NCBI GenBank assembly: GCA_977862235.1
Contig: OZ374559.1
Location: forward strand, 930,001 to 994,000
Direction of reading: 5' to 3'
Length of the DNA stretch: 64,000 bases
Source of the DNA: Dudresnaya verticillata
Taxonomy: Eukaryota
Position numbers and translations under genes: made by a program
Notes under the pieces: model-generated
The model's database searches: none
What the model saw: only the letters and a program-made list of their open reading frames with translations
What the model was told of the DNA's origin: nothing
Shown: in pieces, positions 50,801-61,700 of the stretch
How positions within the stretch are numbered: the stretch's first letter is position 1
Layout: every line of letters begins with the position of its first letter

Positions 50801-51930
50801 CGTAACATTCGTTGTACTTCCGCCTTTTCGGCTTCCCGAGCTTTAGGGCCAGCTCTATAAGGGTGTTGATAGATGGGTTTTCCCCCTTCCATCAACTCAA
50901 TCCGATGCTGAGTGGCCTTAATGGTGCCCAGTTGGCCTGACCACATTTCTTGATACTCTTGAAGCATTTCCATGATTTGGGATCTAGTAGCACTGTCTTC
51001 GACACCTATATGGACAGTGTCTTCCCAACTGGGTTCCGCTTTTGGCTGCTCCCCCTGGGTATCCGACCGGGGATCTTCTAGTAGAGTTCCAATACTCAAA
51101 ACCTGATCCGGTCTTGGTAACGCATGGCCTACTACTTGAGTCTTCTTCAAGCGAGCAGGGCGATGACCAAAATTGGTCATTAGCACCGGAAAAACTTCCA
51201 TAGGAAGAACATCCCTAATCCCATTTGCCATAATGGTTAACGACTTATGTAGTGACCGCGGGGTATTATGAACCAGGCATAATCCAGATGCACTGGTTCT
51301 CACCGGCACAAGCGAACGTGACCTAGGAGGTATAACCCAATCTTTGGCTATTCTCACTTTGGTAGAAACCGTTGGTTGTTTAGCGTCGGGAACAGCAACT
51401 CCTCCCATAGAAACACCGAGAATAGGTACTGCTGGGGCATCCTTCAAGAGTAACATTCGGGGTCCCGGCATGATGGCTGTGACATGTCGATCGATGAAGG
51501 CTGTTCCAAGTATAACCTCGGCAGGCATATTAGCAACAACCAGAAAATGGGTCTTCGTATAGAGATTAACGACACGGATATATAAGGGGATGACTCCTAG
51601 AGGTAATATTCGATTATTAGAAGCGTCGACGATGCTACGCGTGGTTTCCTTATAGGGTTTGGCTTGCTCTTCCCAACCATTAGGTAACATTTTAACATGA
51701 ACCAGATTGGGTCCGGCGCCAGAATCAATCACGCCCCTTGCGGATATCATCTGAGATGACCAGACCCCTAACGATAGATCCACTTCGTAGTTTTGCTTCT
51801 TAAGTAAAAATACTTCATCATAGTCATCACCCTCCAGGTTATCCACGACATCGGGTCGTAATACGGGTTCTGGAAGGCGCATATTTGAGGAGGGGGCATG
51901 CGTCGTTATGCCTTCTCCTCCACGTTTTCC
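47863..51930 (-). pseudogene. pol of element C (protease, RT, RNase H, integrase, chromodomain) with premature stops and a frameshift
   Basis: IDSGA, YLDD, DTDAC, NYSATERE, AMDLAGP, SDNG, GPF. Chromodomain YTVDHLVKH...YKVRWYGY...DTWEP. Stops at 50248 and 49459. Confidence 0.96.
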
Positions 51931-53938
51931 GCAATGGAAACTCCTTGAGCTGCCTTTGAGGGCTCCACTGAGGGTGATCCCGTGCGTCTAGCCTGGGTGG
52001 GGCCCGGATGGCCTGTTGAGGAGGAGGCCCCGGGTTACCTTGTCGATTACCTTGCATGGCTCGGGCCCGAGCTAAACCATAGAGGTTTTGCCTTCTGGAA
52101 GCAATTATGCCAGCGCGAACCGCGGGGGTTACCAATGGACATTCATGTGCCATGTGGGCTGGGTTAGCACGGATCCAACATGCCCGTATCGGCGCACCAT
52201 CTCGGGATCCCACTGTGGTTATCGAAGACGGGGGTGTCATAAACTGGTTAGATAAGTCTTCACCAAGTTGGAAAATCTCCTCTTCTTGAATGTCTTCCAT
52301 GCCCGGTAAACCCTCGGAGGTAGCTGTCGACGTACTTACGGAGTGAGACGGCGGTTTCTCGAAGCTAACCGCGGCGACGGGAATTACTCCCCTTTTACCC
52401 TTTAGGTTAGTCGTCCCACGTGTACTCCTATGAGCTTCTCCAAGGTCTTGTGCATATTGTGTAATCTGCGTGTAGGACAAACTCTTTGAGGAAGCCAATC
52501 GGTTACGAACCGGTGCACAGATACTCGGGAGGAGTCCATCAACGAAGATCGCCTTGAGGCGGTGTTCAGTAAACACCGACTCGCAACGGCGAGCTCTGGC
52601 TCTTACTAACTCTGCGAAGTCCCGTTCCGTTTTTCCTTCTGCTTGTCTCAACGAGATTACGTCAGCATAGGCTAGCGCAATAACCTCATCGGTGGCATAA
52701 GTTTCCAAAAGGTAATTAACCACTTCGGGGTACGTTGTCAACAAATCTCCCTCATCTTCGGAGTCCACAACCATACAGGTTCTTGTCTGTAGCCTGGCCT
52801 GAAGGTTGTCCCTTGCGGTTCCTGCCATAAAATATTGTAGTAACCAAACGGCAGCTCCTTCATGGATATCATTTTGGTTACAGGCATCCTTGAACCTTGC
52901 TAGGAAACCCAAGATGTTAATCGGGTCTACCCCCGAAAACCGAGAGGGTGGCATCTGAATAGCCATCCTCTTATAGTAGGTATTTACTTTCCGAGAGACT
53001 CTCGAAGAGTAAAGCCTTGAGCGGTTATCCAATCGGTAACTTTGAAAGCTAACCACTCGGGTAAATAGGTCGTTAAGGGGTTTAATCCTCCTGACCTTTG
53101 TAGGTTTAGACGACCGGCGACGGCGCCGTCGGTCATCATCGGATGAATCATCCGAACTTGAACCATCTGAGGTAACTGACGATGAGTCAGACTCAGATGA
53201 GTGATGTTTCTTCTTATTTTTCTTTCGTTTGTCCTTCTTCTTCTTCTTTTTAGAATTCTTGGACTTCGATCCTTGTCGGTTACTCCTACTACCTTCGGAG
53301 TCCGACAAACCCCCTTCGGGTTCCTTTTTTGTATCACCAGTTTCGGTTGGTAGAACGATGCCAGGAGGGACGACATCATCCTCCCTATTTTCCACTTTGG
53401 TTTCCCCTATGGGTTTAGACTTTGGTCCAGTTGAAAGGTCCGCTGCTTGCCCATAGGCCTCGAGAGACTGAGCGACCAACGGGGGAACCATTTTGGTAAG
53501 CATCCCATAGATTGGACTACTGTCCGGCTGAGTGGTCCATGACTGGACTAACTTGTCAGTAGCCGTGGCGGCAAACTCTGATAGTGTCCTTGGACCTTGT
53601 TCCTCTAGAAAGTGTCCCACTAGTGGTTCAACCGTTTGAGGTAACCGAAGGGTCAACTCATCATGTAGCCAGTTGATCCGACGGGGCATCAGATCAGTAT
53701 TGACCCAATGGTTACGGTTGGAATGTAGCGGGGGCTGCCTTGCGACTTCTTTCGAAGGACCGGCTAAGGGTTTACCTGTTACGGGATTGGTGGATGCTTG
53801 ACCAGGCGGTTCCTCTTGTTCTACTCCAGGAGTTCTCGGAGGGTGGAGCAAAGACTCCGGGTCCTCAACTGGGGGGACCAATGGGGTCTGCTCCGCCTTC
53901 TGACCACGACGGGAACTACTTTGAGAGTGAGTTGACAT
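51906..53938 (-). pseudogene. gag of element C (degenerate zinc knuckle, probable 1-nt indel near the 3' end)
   Basis: Long ORF after the PBS with a Lys/Ser-rich tract, FSGVDPINILGFL, and CWIRANPAHMAHEC. Confidence 0.88.
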
Positions 53939-54033
53939 CTTGGAGTAACAGGGGCCTTGGTGGGTTGATTTTCTTCAGTATCCAATTGAGTTACGATATT
54001 CGTCGTCCTCTTAACGGCTCACCAACCTTGAAG

Positions 54034-54051
54034 TTCTAGGTCGGGAGACCA
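54034..54051 (-). promoter_or_regulatory. Primer binding site of element C (probably tRNA-Tyr)
   Basis: TGGTCTCCCGACCTAGAA begins 2 nt after the 5' LTR. Confidence 0.9.
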
Positions 54052-54053
54052 GA

Positions 54054-54572
54054 TGTAAGGAAGTACCTTTTAGGTCTCTTGTGAACTCAAAGAGTGCACT
54101 CAATGAGAAAGCCACAGAGCGGGTACCTGGTAGCGGTGGTAGAGCGGGAGGAACCCAGAGGGTAGACGAGGGCACGTAACCTGATTGGAAGCACGATACT
54201 GAAGGTAGTTCACTGGGCGGGGGGTTAACCGGGCACGGGTGACAAGTGTGCTGCGGTGCCGATAGCTTGGAGACGTAGTTGGGGCCGGAAGGTGCTTACC
54301 TTTACTGTTCAGTGACCGCTACGGGAGATACCCTTATATGGTACTCCGACTGTCAGGCAGCAACCCTCATACTGGGCTATATACACGCCCCCTATCCTAA
54401 GCTATAATTTCTAAAATAAATACACAGATACTAAGCTACTGACCTGCAGAGTGACACTTGGACCAATCATAGGCTACCCGTCTTGTCCCTGCTGGTGCCC
54501 TACAGGTAACGCTATTTCCGCGTATACACGGGGGCAGAGGGCCCACTTCTGTAAGCCCTTCACTGTATTACA
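54054..54572 (-). repeat. 5' LTR of element C (519 bp)
   Basis: Direct repeat of 44694-45211. Confidence 0.96.
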
Positions 54573-54992
54573 CGTTGCTGTGTTTCAAATATAGTGATAT
54601 TGAGAAACCAAATGCTAGAATAGCGTAGGATATGTTTCGAGTGCAAGATACCCTGTTTACGGTATTCCACAGGTATTTGAACTTGTGAGGCGCTACATGG
54701 CAGTGCGCACAAGGGATAGCAAGCTTCCGGTACTGAAATCTGCAGTGCGATACCACCACGAATACGTAATCTAAACAGATGAAGGAAATAATTGGGTTAT
54801 ATGAGCATGTGGTCGACAAAAAGCGATCATCTCGAACTCCTAGAATGTAACATGACACGTAGCTGTTTCTACGGCAATGTAAAATCAATCACACCTGGCG
54901 TCTCTCTTGTCTGTCAGGGCGTCGGGTATGAGAGTGGTTAGAATAGAGTGTTTTTCAGCCAACTGTAGAAAACCTAGTGCTATTAGCGCTAC

Positions 54993-55718
54993 TGTGGTAT
55001 AACGGGCGTTGACGCCCTGTAAGGAGCCACGTGGACACGAGTCCTTTGTAAGGCATGACAGGCGCACAATTGCCCGGGTGATACGGCTGGTGCTCCGATT
55101 GATTTCATTGCTGGAACGCTCCCGCGCTGTAAGACAACACGTGTACAGAGTTGGTATGTAAGGCGCACTTATCCAGATGATATGGCACTGTGCCATTTGG
55201 GGATTAACTATGGCCGCTCCATCGCGCCATGCATTGCTCGTGGATGTTTGCCCCGCGGCGCCTGACAGTGGCGCCGCGCTCGCCTTGTGGCCTGATCACT
55301 CATTCCTATCTAAGGACATATCCTACCTGTATTGTACAGTATTAGCTAAGTATTAGCCATAGAGCTCTAACTGAGCGAGTAGCACCTTTTCGGCTCTCGC
55401 CGTATTGATGGGGCCCCTGAGTAGCAGGGGCCGGGACTAAACCGGCAGCGGTCTGTGCCTTGGGGCTTCCCCTTTTTGGGCGCTTGCGGTGCAACCGCTA
55501 CAAATTCCCTTTGGGCGTCTACAAGCCCTGTCGTCTACGACGAATTGCTCTATTCAGCAGGGTTCGCCTTTCCCTTTTTCCTTTGTCAGGGCTTTAAGCC
55601 CTTTCAAGTCTCTACCACCCCTTTACCGAGCTACCAACCACGCGAGTGGGATCGCTCTTTGAGGACAGCTGTCGTGCCGTGTCGCCGTCTCTGTTGGCTT
55701 CAAAGCCATTCTACTACA
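54993..55718 (+). repeat. Intact solo LTR of family D (726 bp)
   Basis: TGTGGTA...TACTACA termini, TSD GCTAC on both sides, homologous to the split copy at 30532-44029. Confidence 0.93.
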
Positions 55719-56309
55719 GCTACCATAGCGTGTGCTGTTACAGGAAAGCAAGGACAAAGCAAGATACCTTCGTTAGGGTATTGGAATGTGCGAGGCCGTG
55801 AATGGCAGTGCGCACAAGGGAGCAGGAGCGTCGGAAACTGAATTGTGAAGTATACTACCGGTAGTATTATGTCATCTAAACAGATGATGGAAAGGATTCG
55901 GTTATTTGGGCATGCAGTCGACAAGTCGACCATCTCGAACTGCTAGAGGGATTCAGGCCTAATTCCGAGGAGGCGGCGATGCAGACTAGGAGCTGCACAC
56001 CCGTTGTTAGTGTACAGTACGGTTCCGATGTGAGACCACTCTGGAATGATTGGGTGTACAGTGCAGTATAGTGTAGCAGTGCCGATATTATAGTACCGTT
56101 ACAACTCTACCGAATGAGTTCTATTGTACCGGATTTGACGGGTTTGGGTACAATATGCGTTGGCTGTTGGGTCCTATCTGGGTCCGAACCGGTTTTGACG
56201 TCTGAAGCATCGTCTTCGACCGTTGCAGCAAACGGGATTTGCAACAATCCTGTTTCTTAGTTACTTTTGGGCAGGATCCAAAACGGTGGATGGGGTTCGG
56301 TTGCAGCAA

Positions 56310-56358
56310 TCGCATGGTTGCGCTTATCAGGGGTTGCTATTACCGGGATTCCACTGTA
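56310..56358 (-). repeat. Isolated pogo-like terminal sequence
   Basis: Reverse complement reads TA|CAGTGGAATCCCGGTAATAGCAACC, similar to the terminus at 19462. No partner end found nearby. Confidence 0.45.
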
Positions 56359-58220
56359 TTATTTACTTCCAACAGAGATTCTTTGCAAGCACTCATTTTT
56401 GCAAGATGCAGCCAGCTCGAAAATCAGGCATAATTTAATGCACTGAAATGCACCCGTTGTTTACTTCGAACTGAGGTTATGGAGCATGGTATGACATCTT
56501 GTGAGCAGTGTGAAGTGGAAGACTTGTCGTGTAGGAAATGCTAATACAATGACACCCCGTTGTAAGCGTCCTGCACTATGTGCATAACCGCGCTATGTGC
56601 ATACTGAACCATTCTACCACCGAAGAACCTGCGGTTTTGAGCCATATAAGTATACACCCCGCATACCTGCATAATGCATACAGAGCAGAGAAGAAGCCTT
56701 ATTTTCTGATTAATATTTGGCCCGCTAGTATACCGCCCCCGCTAGTACGCCAAAATGCACAATTGCAAAAGTTTAAATAATTGAACACCCTTGCTTGTTT
56801 CACACAAGCTGTTCAAGAGTCCAACTCAAACGGCGCACATACTCTCCTCACCAACTCAGCAGGTGCTGTGACAGTTCTTCAGCAGCAACAAGGATGGTTC
56901 CTAACGCCTCAACAGGAAAGCAAGCGCTCACTCTTCGTCAGAAAAGGCTTATTCTTGAAGAAAATAGTAAGAGAAAGAATGTGAGAGGAAACGCGACGCA
57001 AACAGCACTTGCCAACCCTTGAAGAGCTCGGTCGTGAGATTGCTGGTCTAGATGACGCAGTCGTTGTGGATACAGATCCCGATGTGCCAGAAGAAGAGGA
57101 TACACAGATACTCTGTCAGTCGAGCAGGAGCTACTCTGTCTCGCTCAGGCTCGTTCCATCCTCTACAAGAATGATATCGTCTGTGACGCAGCCTGAAAGG
57201 CTTTTACAAGTGTCAACGCTCTCTAAGAAGGGAGAAATTCCATGAAGCAAACAAGCATCTCAGACCACTTTTCGAGGAAATACAGAAGTTGTTGTCTAGC
57301 CCTCGGCAATTGCATACCCCCCCATAAAAGCATAAAGAACCTTTCTCCCAACTAGCATGCTTACAACAGGGGTTCACTGTAGCGGGAGAGCCTTCTTCGT
57401 GAACAGATTGGTTGTTCACTTTACAGCGACGCAGTATATCTGCATGAGCAATCTGTGCATGGATCGCCAGCGTTTCTCTCTGTCTACCTGTAGACTTCTA
57501 CAGAGCTGTAGCGCTATGCCTCCGCAAGTATACATATTTAAAGTCGAAGACTGACGATTATTTTTGCCAAAGACGAACAAGTGAACCATCCTCACCTCAC
57601 CAAGTTTATGACTTGTTCTATACAGAGCACGGGTAAAACAGCACTGCATCAAAGCTGCACAGGGAAGAAGCAGCAATTAATCCACAATACAGACTATTCC
57701 TCCAGACTATTGGTGGTAAAGCGGAAAGTTAACATAAGTCAATATGAGTCTAGAGAGGCACGGAACATCTGGAGGGAATTGTGTGGCCTATATGAGTAAT
57801 GAAACCTGATTAACATGGTTAACATGGAGCACAGGTCAGTGTTGCAATAGAATGTTAAGCACCAGCTCCGCGAATTGCAATTCACGCGCGAGGTCATGAG
57901 TATTTTCCAAGGCATCTTGGTAAGTAACTTCAGAATTCAGGAATACCGCTGCAGCAGGGACACAAATCGCGTCCAGTAGTCAGAAAACTCCTTCTGTCCC
58001 TTACGCGAAGCTATCCCATCAAAGAGTGCATACATTATGTGAGCTTGTTAATCATTTTCAAATGGTGTTGGATTGACGCAGTCCGTAAGGTATCTTTCAT
58101 GGCGTCTGCGTGTTATCTAGTAGATATACAGGCTTCGCGTCCAACGCAAAGGCTAAGTCCTACAAGTCTAAGGGGAAAAAATAAACTCGGTCCTTTTGCT
58201 CAACCAGAACAAGTTCTACG

Positions 58221-58721
58221 ATGTTCTCAGTTTCAGTCTTATTGGTGTTCTTCATTTCGATTCTAGTCGGGCACCTGTCCTCGGCAAGCTCCGTCGGGGG
58301 GTTGATTCCAAACAAGAGCCACCAACTGAAGATCCCTGTATATGGCAACCACTGCGGGCCCGGTCATGGAAGCAAAACGAAGCCTTGTATAGACGAGACG
58401 GACTGTGCGTGCAAGCGCCACGACAGCTGCTACGATAACTGGACAGTTTTCAAGAGAGGGCAGCTATGCAAATGCGACGCCGACCTGATTCGCGAACTTC
58501 GAGGAAGTAAGCGACCGGAAGCGGTGCTGATATACAAGTTTTTTATCTTGCTGCCGTGCAGATACCCCAAGGATGAGAATGATATGTACCCCTGCAAGAA
58601 ATGCCGCAAGACGTTCCTCGGAAAGATTTGTGTTTGGTCGATATGCATGCGCAAGAAATGTGTTAATGCCTTGACGTTTAGCTATAGGAAAAAGATGTCA
58701 GTTTCTAGGGTGAAGTGCTAG
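58221..58721 (+). CDS. Secreted phospholipase A2 (plant group XI-like), 166 aa
   Basis: Hydrophobic signal peptide, Ca-binding loop YGNHCGPGHG, catalytic DCACKRHDSCY (His-Asp), CKCDADL, Cys-rich, intact ORF. Confidence 0.9.
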   Translation: MFSVSVLLVFFISILVGHLSSASSVGGLIPNKSHQLKIPVYGNHCGPGHGSKTKPCIDETDCACKRHDSCYDNWTVFKRGQLCKCDADLIRELRGSKRPEAVLIYKFFILLPCRYPKDENDMYPCKKCRKTFLGKICVWSICMRKKCVNALTFSYRKKMSVSRVKC

Positions 58722-61700
58722 AAGAGAGAAGTTTAACTTCATTCAGGAGGTCGGAGGGAGCTCTACAAAGTCCTCGGGAGAGACGATCTTGGCAGGTTAA
58801 TCGCCAGCGCTTCTTGCCGGAGGGGGGTAGACACAAAGCGGACAGTGATGGTAGAAATTTCTTCGTTAGAGCTTGCGCCAAACGGACGTGGAGAGGGTGC
58901 AGTGATATGGTCTGAGTGGACTTGATGAGGAGCGTCCCAACGGAGGCTCTCCGCCTTAAAAGAACCATCTCAACAAAGTGCACTACCACTCCCCCAGAAA
59001 GGACAAGAAGGTTCAAGCTTTTGTTACGATTATCACGAGTACGAGAACAGCATTAAAGTGGGGAAAGTGCCGGAATTTCAAAGGAGTGGGCCAGACCAAA
59101 GATTTTCCATCTCCACTGTCAGTTCCGTGGGCGGGCTGGTCCTGCACTCAATGCAAAGATATTTGTGCTGCAACGCAACGGCATCGGCAGCTTTGGCCGC
59201 ATCCTACACGTCCCAAACATAACTTGGGCCGATGCAGAGAGAAGCTCTGTGCATGCTCAGCGAGCGTTGAGAACCACACCGTCATCGTAAACAGAGATTG
59301 CTCCACACGCTGGAGGCCTATCGCAAGTTGTGATATATCGCGCATACAATTGCACCGCCGCCACTGCGTGATACAAACACACTGATTTAGAGAGAGGGGG
59401 ACTTTATTCAGAAAGGAGAAATTGAGGGGCGCTACAGCGCAACATCGCCCCTATAGCACCAGAGTCTAACATGCTGGTGATCCTAAACTTCAATGGATAG
59501 TGTCGTCGACGTCCCGTTAGTCCAGGCCTTCCAGTAATCATCAGCGGCTAAGTAATTAGGGTTTCCGCTGTTCGTCTTGCTTCAATAAAGTTCGATGATG
59601 ATGATGATGGATAGTGTTTTGGAGGAAAAGGCCTATGAGCGGACATATTAAATTGCAAGGGAGATATCATTGGCCTTGGTTCAGCGTGAGCTGGGGATGA
59701 TAGCAGTACAGGATGCGTAGCTAATGCGGCGGACCCGTTATTGACTTCGCTAACCTTGCTGAGGGCTTGGGGAAACGGAATTCCGTCTGACAGGCAGTTC
59801 AGCGCCTTCCCCGGCTTTGGATGGTAGCAGCACACGATAGCGTCACGGGTGGATGGGCCCAAGGAACCCATACTGAATGGTGATCACTGTGTTATTACTG
59901 TAATGTATTGCAGCAATCCAGGAAGAGGGGGCCCTCTATTTCAAAAGTATCCCAGCGATTTTGCTGTTGCCCGTACGACCCAAACGGTGTCCGGGTCGTT
60001 ATGTCGCTCTCGAGAACCGTCTTCGAACACACGACACCAGCTCGTATTACTCTTCCTTCTCCCGTGTCTTTTCAATGTAGCGCGAATGCGCTCCTCCCCT
60101 CCACCCTTCCTAACACCACACACATCACGCTACTTCCATGTCGGCCTTTGCACCACACATTTTTTCGTCCAAAAGGCAACCGTGAGTCTCAAGCGCTAGT
60201 TGGACAGAGAGACGTGATGAATGCAGTATGAGCATCGGTTCACAGGACCATCGGTTCGCAGGACCATCTCATGCCCCGTTCTGTCCTATCTTCGCAGCCT
60301 AAAAAACGCATGGCTCCTGGTGACTGGGGCACAATAACTGCAGCAGTCTTGCCCATGACTCACAATCGAACACAACACCATTACACACACACATACGTAT
60401 CCATACGCACACCAATTCCAAACGAGTACTCCCTGTGCCTTAGAGACCCAGAAATGCCTTCTTCGTGGGTCCCGTATCGTGCAACCGTGTGCAGTCACAA
60501 GCAATACATCCACATGTTCACACGCCCCAACACCGATAGAGACACCCACCGACTCTCCCGACCCGCACAGGCATGGATTAAGTCAATACTCCCGCGCCTC
60601 CCGTATGTGCACAATATACGGATGCTTTCCCCATACCGCCTGTCCTTCGTAGCCATCCATCGTCTATGTCATACCGTGGGTCAAGTCAGTTCCCTCAAAT
60701 TCCCGTATCGACACCTAGCCATGGTCACCTTCGCTCTAATCCCTGTTCGGTAAACGTTATCACCAGTGTTGTCGGGCAATTAACTGCAATAGCAATACTG
60801 TATTACATTGTGTGCTGAATGCAAATTCTAATTCTTGTTGCAGTGACATTGTATATTGCAATACCTATTGGGTTGAGGGGCAATATTGGAAGCCCTATTG
60901 TTAAATGCAGAATTCTGCAAGATACGCATATGTGTGCTTATCCTCCTCAAAATGACTCAACGGTTTTGGGACGCGCATCTTGCTTCTCATTCCATACAAG
61001 CTGCTCGTTCTGCCCGTATTGCTGCCAGATTTCAACAGCATATATTACTGGAAGAGCTTGCTAATTCAAGCTGTCATAATCACATATTGCCAGTACGATC
61101 GCCGCCATCCGTACCCTGTGCTCTGCAGAGTTTCCCTCTCTAAACACGCCGTCATCCTCTCAATCATAGGCACACCACCGCTGTCCTTTCCCCTTCCCCT
61201 GGTACACTAAAGTGACAGCTCTCTGACACTGCAGCCGACCCTGGTGTGCCTGCACATGGGCCATTAAGTCGCCCGAGCGGGACCACCTAAAATAACCAGT
61301 AAAAGTTTACCACCACATATATCGTTCCGTAGGCGCATAAAACAACATCGCTTATTGCATGACGTAGGCATATATTGCAGATGTTATTGCGACGTGAGGA
61401 CGGCTATATTGCAATATACAGTATTGCCGAAGGGGAGAGCACTGGTGCAACATGTTACTTCTTGCATTTGTGTGAGCAATAACATGCAATGTTATTGCCT
61501 GCAGCCCTGTTATCAATGATAGATTATCACCTTCGCGTCCTATAAACCACTCGTCATGTCCGAGCCCAGTCCAACTGGGATGGAGCTCTTGCATAACGAG
61601 GAATCGAGGCGGGAGGCGAACGGAAGGACTCCACAATTTCCGGAAGCCTCTCCCTCATTTCAGGATTCAGAGTTGCGAGATGCTTGTGGATGTTTGTAAC

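Larger units (their letters stand above)
44694..54572 (-). mobile_element. Full-length Ty3/Gypsy chromovirus-like element C with direct LTRs and an antisense ORF
   Basis: Direct LTRs, TSD CGTTG (44689-44693 and 54573-54577), PBS, G-tract PPT, gag-pol with chromodomain. Confidence 0.96.
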
